Part shown: positions 19,735 through 28,725 of the stretch, piece by piece | How positions within the stretch are numbered: the first letter of the stretch is position 1 | How the letters are laid out: every line of letters starts with the position of its first letter | Source: Deltaproteobacteria bacterium | GTDB lineage: Bacteria > JAGRBM01 > JAHCIT01 | Assembly: GCA_026129095.1 (NCBI GenBank) | Contig: JAHCIT010000016.1 | Span: 1-34,537 of the forward strand | Direction of reading: 5' to 3' | DNA: 34,537 nucleotides | Translations under genes and position numbers: made by a program | The notes under the pieces: model-generated | What the model saw: only the letters and a program-made list of their open reading frames with translations | What the model was told of the DNA's origin: nothing | Databases searched by the model: none

Positions 19735-20484
19735 ATGGACCGGGTGGTGGCGGTTCTTTCGGTTGCGCTGGCCAATATACGGCAGCGCTACGCCACCATG
19801 TCCGGCGGTCTCATCTGGACCGTGCTCCGTCCACTGCTTCTGGCAGGAATCTTTACCGTCGTATTCGGCGGGATTTTTGGCGGTCGCAGCAGCTATGTGG
19901 TCTGGATGCTGTCGGGCTTTATTCCCTGGATTTTCACGGACGAGGCAGTCCGCAGCGGAGCCCGGACGTATCTCTCACAGTCGTCGCTTCTCAGAAGCCA
20001 CCAGTCGCACCCGGAACTGCTCGCGGCGATAAGCGCGGCCGAGGGCGCCATCCTGCTTGGGGCCGGCACGGGCGCTGTCTGGCTTGTCTATCTCGCCGGG
20101 GTCCGCCCGCTGTCGGCCAGTGATCTCCTCATTCCGCTGGCGGTGTTCGTGGCTTTTCTGACCATCTGGGGAGCCGTGCTCCTGGCGGCCCTTCTGGTGA
20201 CGGTCATCCGTGATCTGGAGCCGTTGATTGAGCCAGTCATGACCGTCGTCTTCTGGTCAGCGCCTGTTGTTTACCGGCCGGAGGTACTTCCCGTGAGGAT
20301 GAGGGTATTTCTGGAGTGGTGGCCCCCGGCCGCCTGGGCGCGTATCTGGCAGGCGCTGGTTGGCGAAGGGGCGATGCCGGTTTTGACCGATATTGCCGTG
20401 GCTCTGGGAACGGCTGCCGTCCTGTTGCTGTCAGGCCTGCTGCTGACCCGGTGGAGGGTGGCGCTCATTACCGACCGGGTGTGA
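19735..20484 (+). CDS. wzm: ABC-2 polysaccharide/teichoic-acid export permease (Wzm/TagG-like)
   Basis: RY....GG..W..L.PL....IF..VFG, G.IPW.F, RDL..LI......FW.APVVY, about 6 TM helices; upstream of a Wzt-like ATPase. Confidence 0.85.
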   Translation: MDRVVAVLSVALANIRQRYATMSGGLIWTVLRPLLLAGIFTVVFGGIFGGRSSYVVWMLSGFIPWIFTDEAVRSGARTYLSQSSLLRSHQSHPELLAAISAAEGAILLGAGTGAVWLVYLAGVRPLSASDLLIPLAVFVAFLTIWGAVLLAALLVTVIRDLEPLIEPVMTVVFWSAPVVYRPEVLPVRMRVFLEWWPPAAWARIWQALVGEGAMPVLTDIAVALGTAAVLLLSGLLLTRWRVALITDRV

Positions 20485-20530
20485 CGAAACACGCCGGGTG
20501 ATGGTGATGGACGCTATACTGGAATCCTGT

Positions 20531-21709
20531 ATGGAACCCGCCACCGTTTCGATCCGGTCTCTCAGCAAATACTACCCGGCGGTGTCGGGGTTCGGGCATA
20601 ACATGCAGGCGCTCATGACCGGCCGCTGGCCGGTCACGGGCGGGGTGCCCGCTCTCGATGACGTCAGCCTGGATATTGCCGCCGGTGAGGCGGTCGGACT
20701 GATTGGCCGGAACGGTTCGGGCAAGACAACACTCCTCCGGCTCATTGCCGGCGTCTCGGCTCCCACCGGCGGGGAGATCCGGCTGCCCGGCCAGATCAGT
20801 TCGCTGATCGAGCTTGGCGCAGGTTTCTCGCCCCAGCTGGACGCGGTGCGGAATATCCGCCGCGAGTGCGCCCTCACCGGCCTCCCGGTCCGCTGGGCTG
20901 ACGCCCATATGGACCGGATACTGGGGTTTGCGGAGCTTCCCTCGGAGGTTGCCCGCCGCCCGCTGGGTACCTGGTCCACGGGCGAGCGGATGCGGCTGGG
21001 GTTTGCGCTGGCGGTGACCCGGCCGGCCAGCCTGCTGGTGATCGATGAGCTGCTGGCCGTGGGCGACGAGAGGTTTCACCAGCGGTGCCTTGAGACATTC
21101 CGCGATCTTCGCCGGGCCGGATGCACGGTGGTGCTGGCGAGCCATGCCCTCGGGCAGGTGCGGGCGGTCTGCGACCGGGTGGTGTGGCTGGAAGGCGGCC
21201 GGGTGAGGTCGCTTGGCCCGGCCTGGCAGGTTACGGAAGACTACCGGCGGGAAATGAGCCGGCTTCCGGAGCCTCCGGCAGATCAGCAAGAGTCAGCCAC
21301 GGATGCCCGGCGTGATTTCGTGATCGAGCGGGTCGTGATCGAGCCGGGGCTTGTGCCCCTGGGCTCGGCCATTTCCATCCGGGTTCAATACCGGGCCGCC
21401 CGCACCGTTGCGCGGCCGAACCTGGGCGTGGCGATTCACCGCGACGATGGTGTGCTCTGCTACGGAACATCGAGCGTGAAACTGGGTATCGAACGGGACG
21501 AGATGCCCCCGGGAACCGGTGTCGCGGAGGCGGTGATACCCGGCTGCCCGCTGCTTCCCGGCCGGTATTTCGTCACCGTCGCGCTTTTTGATGCCGATGA
21601 CGTGGTGAAATACGACTACCACGACCGGCGCTACAGCTTCACGGTCACGGGAACCACCCGCGATGACGGCGTGAGCCGGATCGAAATGCGCATGGACTGG
21701 GGCCGGTAG
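20531..21709 (+). CDS. wzt: ABC polysaccharide export ATPase with a C-terminal Wzt carbohydrate-binding domain
   Basis: Walker A GRNGSGKTT, LIELGAGF, signature WSTGERMRLGFA, Walker B LLVIDE.LAVGD..F and the ASH loop. The C-terminal beta domain has G.AI.R.DG...YGT and LLPG.Y.VTV. The start could lie at 20498-20507. Confidence 0.9.
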   Translation: MEPATVSIRSLSKYYPAVSGFGHNMQALMTGRWPVTGGVPALDDVSLDIAAGEAVGLIGRNGSGKTTLLRLIAGVSAPTGGEIRLPGQISSLIELGAGFSPQLDAVRNIRRECALTGLPVRWADAHMDRILGFAELPSEVARRPLGTWSTGERMRLGFALAVTRPASLLVIDELLAVGDERFHQRCLETFRDLRRAGCTVVLASHALGQVRAVCDRVVWLEGGRVRSLGPAWQVTEDYRREMSRLPEPPADQQESATDARRDFVIERVVIEPGLVPLGSAISIRVQYRAARTVARPNLGVAIHRDDGVLCYGTSSVKLGIERDEMPPGTGVAEAVIPGCPLLPGRYFVTVALFDADDVVKYDYHDRRYSFTVTGTTRDDGVSRIEMRMDWGR

Positions 21710-21710
21710 C

Positions 21711-22193
21711 CTATTCCAGGGGCCTGCGCGTGGAGCGTATCTTCTGGCGGATTGCCGTCAGCGATCCCAGTCCCTTTCGTTTCAGGAACTCCATCATCGG
21801 CGGTCCACCGAGCCGCAGCAGCCCGAAATAGCCGTGCCGCCAGAGGGTCCACACCCCGGAGTGGATATTGCCCCTGACCTTGATCGCTGGGTCGTCGCTC
21901 GCGGCCATCTCCAGAATGCAGAGAGCATAGGCGGAAAGGGTTTCGTCCGTCAGCGACACGAGCCGTTCCGCGGCGGCATCCGGAACGGTAATGGTGAGGT
22001 CCACCGGCTCTCCCGCGTACGGGTCAAGCCGCGGCTGGCCGCGGTGAGCGGTAAACAGGTATTCACCGCCATGACCGGTCAGCCGGAGGCGCAGCGCGGC
22101 CCTGTCCGATAGCGGCGCGACCGCCCGCCGGGAGACTTCACGCTCCTCGAAAAAGGACTTCAGCCTCAGGTAAACGGGGCTGGCTGGTGTCAC
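21711..22193 (-). CDS. SCP2/sterol-carrier-like lipid-binding domain protein (tentative)
   Basis: GTG start overlaps the upstream stop (GTGA at 22193-22190). LRLRLTG.GGEY.F....G......GEPVDLTITV...AAERL...IKVRG resembles the SCP2 fold pattern. Confidence 0.55.
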   Translation of the reverse strand: MTPASPVYLRLKSFFEEREVSRRAVAPLSDRAALRLRLTGHGGEYLFTAHRGQPRLDPYAGEPVDLTITVPDAAAERLVSLTDETLSAYALCILEMAASDDPAIKVRGNIHSGVWTLWRHGYFGLLRLGGPPMMEFLKRKGLGSLTAIRQKIRSTRRPLE

Positions 22194-24064
22194 GGCAACT
22201 CCGGCGTCCCGGCGGCCTGAAGCACCTTCCCGCAGGAAGTCAGGTACCCGCCATCCCATGACTTCAGGCGGAACGGTTCCGGCAGGTTCTCCAGCCAGTA
22301 GGGACCGGATTCCAGTTCCTGGAAGAACTGGTCGAACGGCCGGATGTAGGGAAGCGGCTGCGAGAGGTAGTCCTCCGTGTAGTAACGGTCCAGGACGGCC
22401 GCATGAAAATCCGGATGCCGGCGGCAGAACGATGCCGCCCCCGCTGCATCACGCGAATACAGGAACGCAAGGGCCTCAAAGGTCCGTTCTTTCATGATTG
22501 GCCACGTGACCGCGCTGATTGGCGAGGCACTGGTATAGGAAATGTACACAGACCGGAGGCCGTACCCCATAACGCAATCGGCCGCGTAAGGATGAGTGAC
22601 GATCATCGTGTCGTTCGGAAGTTGGGCAGCAGTTTCATACAGGGAGACATCCTCACACCTGGTATGATCCCACAGGGGACCGGCGGCCGCTGTCAGGGCG
22701 ATGACCCCGATCGCGGCAGCGGGCAAAGTCTTCGGAAACGGGATCAGACCCGCCGAAACGGAATGGCGGATCGTGTGTGCGAACATGAGCGAGAGGCTGA
22801 CCGGGAAGAAGTAGCGGAACTGGTGGGGGGCATAATAGAAGCGGATGCCGACGATCGGGTGCGTGAGAAACACAAACGCCGTCATGAACAGCGCCGAGAG
22901 GAGCAGGATAAGGGCAATCCGGTCGGTTACGGGAGGCGGGGCGGAGAGACGGAGCAGGATAAGCCAGAGCGCCGCGAGCATGGCGGTTCCGGCCATCGCG
23001 CCCAGCCTGCCGCCGGCGACCAAAGCCAGCAGCAGCCCCGCCACGGACAGGAGTCCGGCCGCTCTTGTCCACCTCGCGGCTCCGTATCTCCCGGTCCGGT
23101 GGCGCGAACGCGCATGGAGGCCGCACAGCACGGCGAGGACGAGGGCGAGGGTGAGGTAAGGGGCCGTCTCTGGCGTGATGGGCCGCCGCGAGTAGAACAG
23201 GAGCTGGGCGATGAAATCCCAGGAAAAGACGTATGAGGGCGTGTGGTCAATGAGCACCTGGACCGGATGGCCGTGTCCGCCCGGCCCGAACTCCGGCCGC
23301 TGGAATATTTCGTCATAGGATGGCGTCGAATAAACCTGCCGCTCCGGAGCCCACACGTAACCAATGGCAAAAGCCAGAAGAAACGAACCCGCGATGGCGA
23401 GGCCGCCCCGGACGGCCTTTCCGGTATCGCGTCCGGGTGCAGTGATGAAATCCGAGATCGCCACTGAAAGGCCGGTCAGCAGCATCACTGGTGCGAGAAG
23501 CGCATAGGAAAAAATGGTCAGGAAGATGACCGCTCCGGCGGCAGCCCAGGCCCGCCGCTGGAGCGCCGTGATGTACAGGAGCGTGAGCGGCAGGGCGAAC
23601 ACCCGCCAGGACCCGGTGTAGAAGTAGTGCCAGCGGCAGAGAAGCAGCAGAATTGCCACGGCCAGCCAGGCGGTCTTCACGTCCCGGCAGGCCCGGAACG
23701 TGTAGTGGAAAAGAAGCACACCTGCCAGCGGGATCAGGAGGAGCGGCAGCAGTTTTGACAGGGTCAGGGGATGGACGAATGGGAACAGAATCCCATACAG
23801 ATAGACCGCGCCGCGGGGTGCGTACGCGATGAGCGTATTTGCCGCCAAATCGTCTGGGAAAATATCTGGATTAACGCCCTGTGCCAGATAGGCCATGACC
23901 AGCGAATCGCCTTCGATCTGGTAGGGGTCACTAAACAGCGGATACTGGAAAGTGGCGGCGATTACCGCAGAAAACAGAAGTGCACAATAATAGTGGGTGT
24001 TCAGACTATCCGGACGACGTTGTATGTTATGTTGGAGTGCAGCCCTGACAATAATCTTCGTCAT
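22190..24064 (-). CDS. Polytopic membrane protein, GT-C-like glycosyltransferase candidate
   Basis: First TM, then an acidic loop DPYQIEGD...PDIFPDDL...AP.G...LY, then PL.LSKLLP, many TM helices and a soluble C-terminal domain (LP.DT.I..HP..AD). Confidence 0.65.
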   Translation of the reverse strand: MTKIIVRAALQHNIQRRPDSLNTHYYCALLFSAVIAATFQYPLFSDPYQIEGDSLVMAYLAQGVNPDIFPDDLAANTLIAYAPRGAVYLYGILFPFVHPLTLSKLLPLLLIPLAGVLLFHYTFRACRDVKTAWLAVAILLLLCRWHYFYTGSWRVFALPLTLLYITALQRRAWAAAGAVIFLTIFSYALLAPVMLLTGLSVAISDFITAPGRDTGKAVRGGLAIAGSFLLAFAIGYVWAPERQVYSTPSYDEIFQRPEFGPGGHGHPVQVLIDHTPSYVFSWDFIAQLLFYSRRPITPETAPYLTLALVLAVLCGLHARSRHRTGRYGAARWTRAAGLLSVAGLLLALVAGGRLGAMAGTAMLAALWLILLRLSAPPPVTDRIALILLLSALFMTAFVFLTHPIVGIRFYYAPHQFRYFFPVSLSLMFAHTIRHSVSAGLIPFPKTLPAAAIGVIALTAAAGPLWDHTRCEDVSLYETAAQLPNDTMIVTHPYAADCVMGYGLRSVYISYTSASPISAVTWPIMKERTFEALAFLYSRDAAGAASFCRRHPDFHAAVLDRYYTEDYLSQPLPYIRPFDQFFQELESGPYWLENLPEPFRLKSWDGGYLTSCGKVLQAAGTPELP

Positions 24065-24107
24065 TCAGTCAGCACTAAAATGGTTCATAGGTGCGGGCTT
24101 TTGTAAC

Positions 24108-25628
24108 TTATGCGGCGAACTGTGTTTGGAGACGCAGAGGCCGGTATAGTTCGGCAGGCAGCTTGTAAGCGAAATAGTTACTCACAGCACCTTCTTCGGT
24201 ATCCTGCTTCAACAACATATTTGGCAGTCGGCCTTTGAATGCAAAAGACAGGATTGCTTCAGGAATAATCCGTATCAGTTCTGGCCGAATATACATTTTC
24301 TTGAGCAGATGGCCCACATAGGCTGGCCGGAGGTAATAGCGCCGAGTGAACTCCTGCCGAAGCCGGTAAAGCTCCTTGGTGGGAATATGGGGCGTCTTTA
24401 CAGTTGCTTCACGTATGTTGAAATGGTCCGTATCGTCTGTCAGCAGCAGCCCTTGTTCATCAACCTGCCGCCGGAATTCCGTTCCTGCAAACGGTGTGAC
24501 AAAAAACACGCCAAGCATATCGATTGGTTGTTTCAAGAGCCACTGGAATGATTTTTCGAGTGATTCTGGGGTATCCCAAGGAAATCCTATAATCCAGCCA
24601 CCCGATATGGTGATACCCTTGTCGGCTATCATGCGGAGGGACGCAGATGCCTCTTCAATATCATAGTGCTTTTTCATTTTAGCTCCCCGCTCGGTGTCAG
24701 TGGCTTCAAGCCCTAATACCATATAACGGGATCCGGCAGCGTACATCGTGTCCACTAATTCCTTCGACATGTCATCTACCCGCGCAAAGGAACCCCAGCG
24801 CAAACTCTTTTCCATGCCCCGACGCACTATTTCATTGCAGATTTCCACGACCCATCGCGGACGGACCGTGAACTCTTCATCACGAAAGAAAACATTATTT
24901 ACTCCATAATTATTTGCGAGATGCTCCAACTCATCAACTACTGATTCCGGAGTCCGGCTGGTCCATGCGCTTCCCCACAGCGCCGGTGTCTGGCAGAAGG
25001 TACATTTGTACGGGCAGCCCCGCGAGGCCTGTACGGAGAGAAACCGTGATTTTTTTACTGGATGGGTCAGCATTGCATGGAATTGGAACTGGTTGATCGG
25101 AAGGCCTTCCCGCATAGGAAACGGTATGCTCGTAATGCGTTTGATCCGGGTGCGGCGTTCAGTTGCCTGGTAACCGTCTCGGGTCTTGTACGCGATCCCT
25201 TGTACTTCCTCGATCTGCATCTTGCCTTCAAAACAGTCCAGAACTTCCAGGATCGTTTCCTCGCCCTCGCCAATGACCACGCAATCCACGGCCGGGTCGA
25301 GTATCGCGGAGGGGTCGCCGGATACGTGCCAGCCGCCATAAACCACCTTGCATCCGTATCGGGCTTTGACCGCCCTAGCGAACTCCAAGCCGTTCTTGAA
25401 GTTTTCCGTCATGGCGGTAAACCCGACCACGTCAGGCTGAAACTCGTCTAGCTCGGCGAACAGCCGTCGGGCATCCTCCACTTTGGAATTGAACATGTCC
25501 CGTATCCGGACATCATGCCCTGCATCGCGGCAAACGGCCGAGATATAAGCGAGCCCCAGTGGTTCCATCCATACGGACACATCGACATAGCTAAAATTTG
25601 ACGGCGGATTGATGAAGAACAGTTTCAT
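24108..25628 (-). CDS. Cobalamin-binding (class B) radical SAM enzyme
   Basis: N-terminal B12 domain (INPP, PLGLAYI.A....GHDV, GGWH, GEGE), SRGCPYKCTFC, FRDEEF, LGLE and IIGFP.DT.E. Confidence 0.93.
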   Translation of the reverse strand: MKLFFINPPSNFSYVDVSVWMEPLGLAYISAVCRDAGHDVRIRDMFNSKVEDARRLFAELDEFQPDVVGFTAMTENFKNGLEFARAVKARYGCKVVYGGWHVSGDPSAILDPAVDCVVIGEGEETILEVLDCFEGKMQIEEVQGIAYKTRDGYQATERRTRIKRITSIPFPMREGLPINQFQFHAMLTHPVKKSRFLSVQASRGCPYKCTFCQTPALWGSAWTSRTPESVVDELEHLANNYGVNNVFFRDEEFTVRPRWVVEICNEIVRRGMEKSLRWGSFARVDDMSKELVDTMYAAGSRYMVLGLEATDTERGAKMKKHYDIEEASASLRMIADKGITISGGWIIGFPWDTPESLEKSFQWLLKQPIDMLGVFFVTPFAGTEFRRQVDEQGLLLTDDTDHFNIREATVKTPHIPTKELYRLRQEFTRRYYLRPAYVGHLLKKMYIRPELIRIIPEAILSFAFKGRLPNMLLKQDTEEGAVSNYFAYKLPAELYRPLRLQTQFAA

Positions 25629-25636
25629 GGGTCACC

Positions 25637-27193
25637 TCAGGCAGCCTGGCGCTGTTTCCGGTTCAGGTTTGGGGGTTCCGAGTATGTGGCAGCGGCCGGG
25701 CTGAAAAAACGCTTCAGCCCCAGATGATGCGCGTAGTGCTTGAGGTAACGGCGAACCATGGCTTCCTCATTCGCTCCGCTGCGGTTCAGCATCCGCGAAA
25801 TGGCATAGGAAACACCCATGAAACCGAATGGCGGCAGGAACCGCCAGAGCCGCCGGTCGAGAATTGCGTTCAGGGTTTTCTTCGGCAGCACCTTGATGAG
25901 AACAAACAGGTTGTAGAACTGCCGCGACATCGGCGAGGGGTTGTACCCGCCGGTCATGACCGACCCCAGTCCCGCGCCCGCATCCAGCGATCTGACGTCG
26001 GTGTCGCTGAGGTAGCCCATCTGCCGGGCCGTCTCCACGATCTCCGTGTTCGGGTAGTAGCGGAGCCAGTAGAACTTGATCACATCGGGACGGTGCTCAT
26101 TGTAGAACCGGGCCATCTCCACGAGATCGTCCTCGGTTTCGCCGGGCAGGTTAACGATGTTCTCCGCGGCCACAGCCACCCGGTTGGCCCGGAGCCGTGC
26201 AAACGCGTCCCGCACCTGGTCGTTGCTTTCCCCGCGGTTCAGGATCGCCTTTTTCTTGCCCGCCTGGGTCGAGACCGACTGCACACCCATGTCCACCTTG
26301 ACGCAGCCGGAACGGCCCAGCAGTTCGGCGCGCTTTTCGTTCACCATGGACGGATAGACGCAGCACATGTAGGGGATGCCGATTTCCTTCTCGTAGCGCG
26401 GGGCGAACTCCTCGAACCACTTCATGCCGACGGCGAATATCTCGTCGTAGAAGTTGACGACCACCGGCCGGTAGACCGTCTTTGCCCATTTGAGCTCGGC
26501 GATCACGTCGTCAACCGAACGGGCCCGCAGGTAGTTGTCATCGCCTTCATACACGCGGTGCAGGAGGTTCGAGTTGCAGAACGAGCATTTGTACGGACAA
26601 CCCCGGCTCGTCATGATCGTATAGACGTCGGACGGATAGAGCCCCGTATTCTCGTACATCGTCTTGTCTGCCCAGGGGATGGTGTCGAGGTCGCGGATCA
26701 GCGGACGGGGTTCGTTGACCCGGATGCGGCCGCCCTCGCGGATGACGAGGTTGGGCATGTCGGGCCGGACCTTGCCGCGCCCGATGGCGTCCACCAGCTC
26801 GACAATCGCCTCCTCGCCCTCGCCCCGCATGGCGAAGTTGCAAAAGGAGTTGGCGGCGAGTGTTTCTTCCGGCGCGCTGGTGACGTGGATGCCGCCAGCG
26901 ATGATCGGCACGCTGGAAAGCTCGCGGATCCGCCGCCCCACCTCCTGGAACCAGGGGTATTCATCGGTCACGACCGAGAAGGCGACGATATCCGGGTTCC
27001 AGTCCACGACGGACCGGGCGACCTGGGCGGTCCGGGCGAACCGGCGCGCAAGGAACGGGATGCGCACGAAGGCGTCGTCGAACAGTTGCGGGTCATAGAA
27101 AAGCCGGGTCTCGTGTCCCTCGCGCTTGAGCACGGCCGAGAGATACTCGACCGCGAGGCTTTCATAGGCTGGGTATACAAACGCGATTTTCAT
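25637..27193 (-). CDS. Cobalamin-binding (class B) radical SAM enzyme
   Basis: MKIAFVYP..ESLAVEYLSAVLK..GHE, GGIH, RGEGE, SRGCPYKCSFC, FYDEIF, MGVQS and LPGET. Start placed at the ATG at 27193. Confidence 0.93.
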   Translation of the reverse strand: MKIAFVYPAYESLAVEYLSAVLKREGHETRLFYDPQLFDDAFVRIPFLARRFARTAQVARSVVDWNPDIVAFSVVTDEYPWFQEVGRRIRELSSVPIIAGGIHVTSAPEETLAANSFCNFAMRGEGEEAIVELVDAIGRGKVRPDMPNLVIREGGRIRVNEPRPLIRDLDTIPWADKTMYENTGLYPSDVYTIMTSRGCPYKCSFCNSNLLHRVYEGDDNYLRARSVDDVIAELKWAKTVYRPVVVNFYDEIFAVGMKWFEEFAPRYEKEIGIPYMCCVYPSMVNEKRAELLGRSGCVKVDMGVQSVSTQAGKKKAILNRGESNDQVRDAFARLRANRVAVAAENIVNLPGETEDDLVEMARFYNEHRPDVIKFYWLRYYPNTEIVETARQMGYLSDTDVRSLDAGAGLGSVMTGGYNPSPMSRQFYNLFVLIKVLPKKTLNAILDRRLWRFLPPFGFMGVSYAISRMLNRSGANEEAMVRRYLKHYAHHLGLKRFFSPAAATYSEPPNLNRKQRQAA

Positions 27194-27385
27194 CGTCAAA
27201 TATCGGTTCCTGGACTCCGGTTCTGCCGGTTTTCCACCGCCGGTTTTCCGGCCACTCGACGGCTCTTGTGTGAGGGATAAGTCTATCATGCTCCGGCGGG
27301 GACTGCACCCCTCAAAGGCTGCTGAATCCCAATAAAATAGGGCAGCCCGCCAGATCTTTCCGGCAGGTTCTGGAAGTGGGCCGTA

Positions 27386-28543
27386 TCACTTCACCGGGGA
27401 TTCAGTCCGTTGACGGAAAAGGGCGGCCGTTTCGGCTGCAAAAATGATCCCCGTCAGTACGGTTGCGCCGAGCAGCACCTCTTTGGCGAGGAAAAGCTCC
27501 GGCCGGAACTCCCCGGCCAGCCAGAAAGCGGCGATGATTACGGTGAGCCATCCTGTTGCCGCCGCCGGGTGAGGCCGCCAGTGAACACACGCGCCGATGA
27601 TTGCGCCAGCCCCGGCGCCCCAGACGAGACGAACCGCCGCCGGGTATCCCCCGTTTCCGGAAATGACGAATGCGAGGAGGCCGGAGACGGTCAGGAGCAG
27701 GGTGGCCAGTGCGGTGGCAGCAGAAAGGTGCCGTGGAAGGAGGGCGACGAGGACGGCGATGGCAAGAATGGTAATAGCCGGTTCCCGCCACAGGCTGATG
27801 TCCTGCTCCATGTAGGCATGACGAAACCCGATGCCGGTGGGTATGAGGTGCATCAGCATAACGGCGGAAAGAATGGCTGCTACCGGCACCATCATTCGCA
27901 GTCTGAATGGAAGCGAAGCCACCGGCGCCGCAGGCGGGGTGGCCCCGTCCTGTATCCTTGCCGCGGTGAGATAGCCCGCCGCAAGCAGCAGGAAGGCCAG
28001 CGCGGACACGGCGGCGCTGCCAAGCATGAACGGGCGAAAATCGTCGGTTGCGAACATACGGAGGGGCGTCAGGAACTGGCCGGCGAGGAAGGTTCCCGCC
28101 AGCCACGCGGCCGGAACCGGGAGGCGTTTCAGGAGGCTCGGCCGGCCGCCTGCCTTGAAGGCGCGATGAGCAAAGGCCAGTACGGCAAAGGACGCGCCAC
28201 GCTCAAAACAGAGAACCAGGACATGGACATCACCCGGATGGCTGGCAACCAGAGGCATGAGCCGGAGGGCCGGAACCGCCAGCGCGGCCAGAACCGGACT
28301 GGCTCCGCGGTCGCCGGGAACCAGAGCCACCATCGCCTTCCACATGAACAGTCCGGAGATGCACCAGCAGGCAACGGCGGCTGCAATCGTTGGGTCTGCC
28401 GTGAGGGGACTATGAAGCTGGTTCAGGCTTTGACCCTCTGCGTACCATGAGCGGACCGAAACGGCGAACCACAGCCCCGCCACGCCTTCCAGGAGGGCGA
28501 ACATCATCAGCAGGATTCCAGAGGTGGCGGACCGGAGGCTCAT
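27386..28543 (-). CDS. Hypothetical polytopic membrane protein (about 10-11 TM)
   Basis: 385-aa ORF of alternating hydrophobic helices that fills the gap between genes; no recognised motif. Confidence 0.65.
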   Translation of the reverse strand: MSLRSATSGILLMMFALLEGVAGLWFAVSVRSWYAEGQSLNQLHSPLTADPTIAAAVACWCISGLFMWKAMVALVPGDRGASPVLAALAVPALRLMPLVASHPGDVHVLVLCFERGASFAVLAFAHRAFKAGGRPSLLKRLPVPAAWLAGTFLAGQFLTPLRMFATDDFRPFMLGSAAVSALAFLLLAAGYLTAARIQDGATPPAAPVASLPFRLRMMVPVAAILSAVMLMHLIPTGIGFRHAYMEQDISLWREPAITILAIAVLVALLPRHLSAATALATLLLTVSGLLAFVISGNGGYPAAVRLVWGAGAGAIIGACVHWRPHPAAATGWLTVIIAAFWLAGEFRPELFLAKEVLLGATVLTGIIFAAETAALFRQRTESPVK

Positions 28544-28725
28544 GATTGATTCAAAACGGAACGCCGGCCATTCCGTCAGGATTTCCTCCCTGCCATCATG
28601 GGCGGCGGAACTTGATAGCCACGAATGGAAAAAATCATAAACCTGTTCATGAGCCGATTCTATACCCAGGCAGTAAGCAGGCCGCCATTCATTCCGGCGG
28701 CTGCAGGGATGTGTGCTGAAACCTG

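Noticed and set aside
25724-27280. 518-aa plus-strand ORF
   Set aside because: Mirror frame of the radical SAM gene; its composition is typical of antisense reading.
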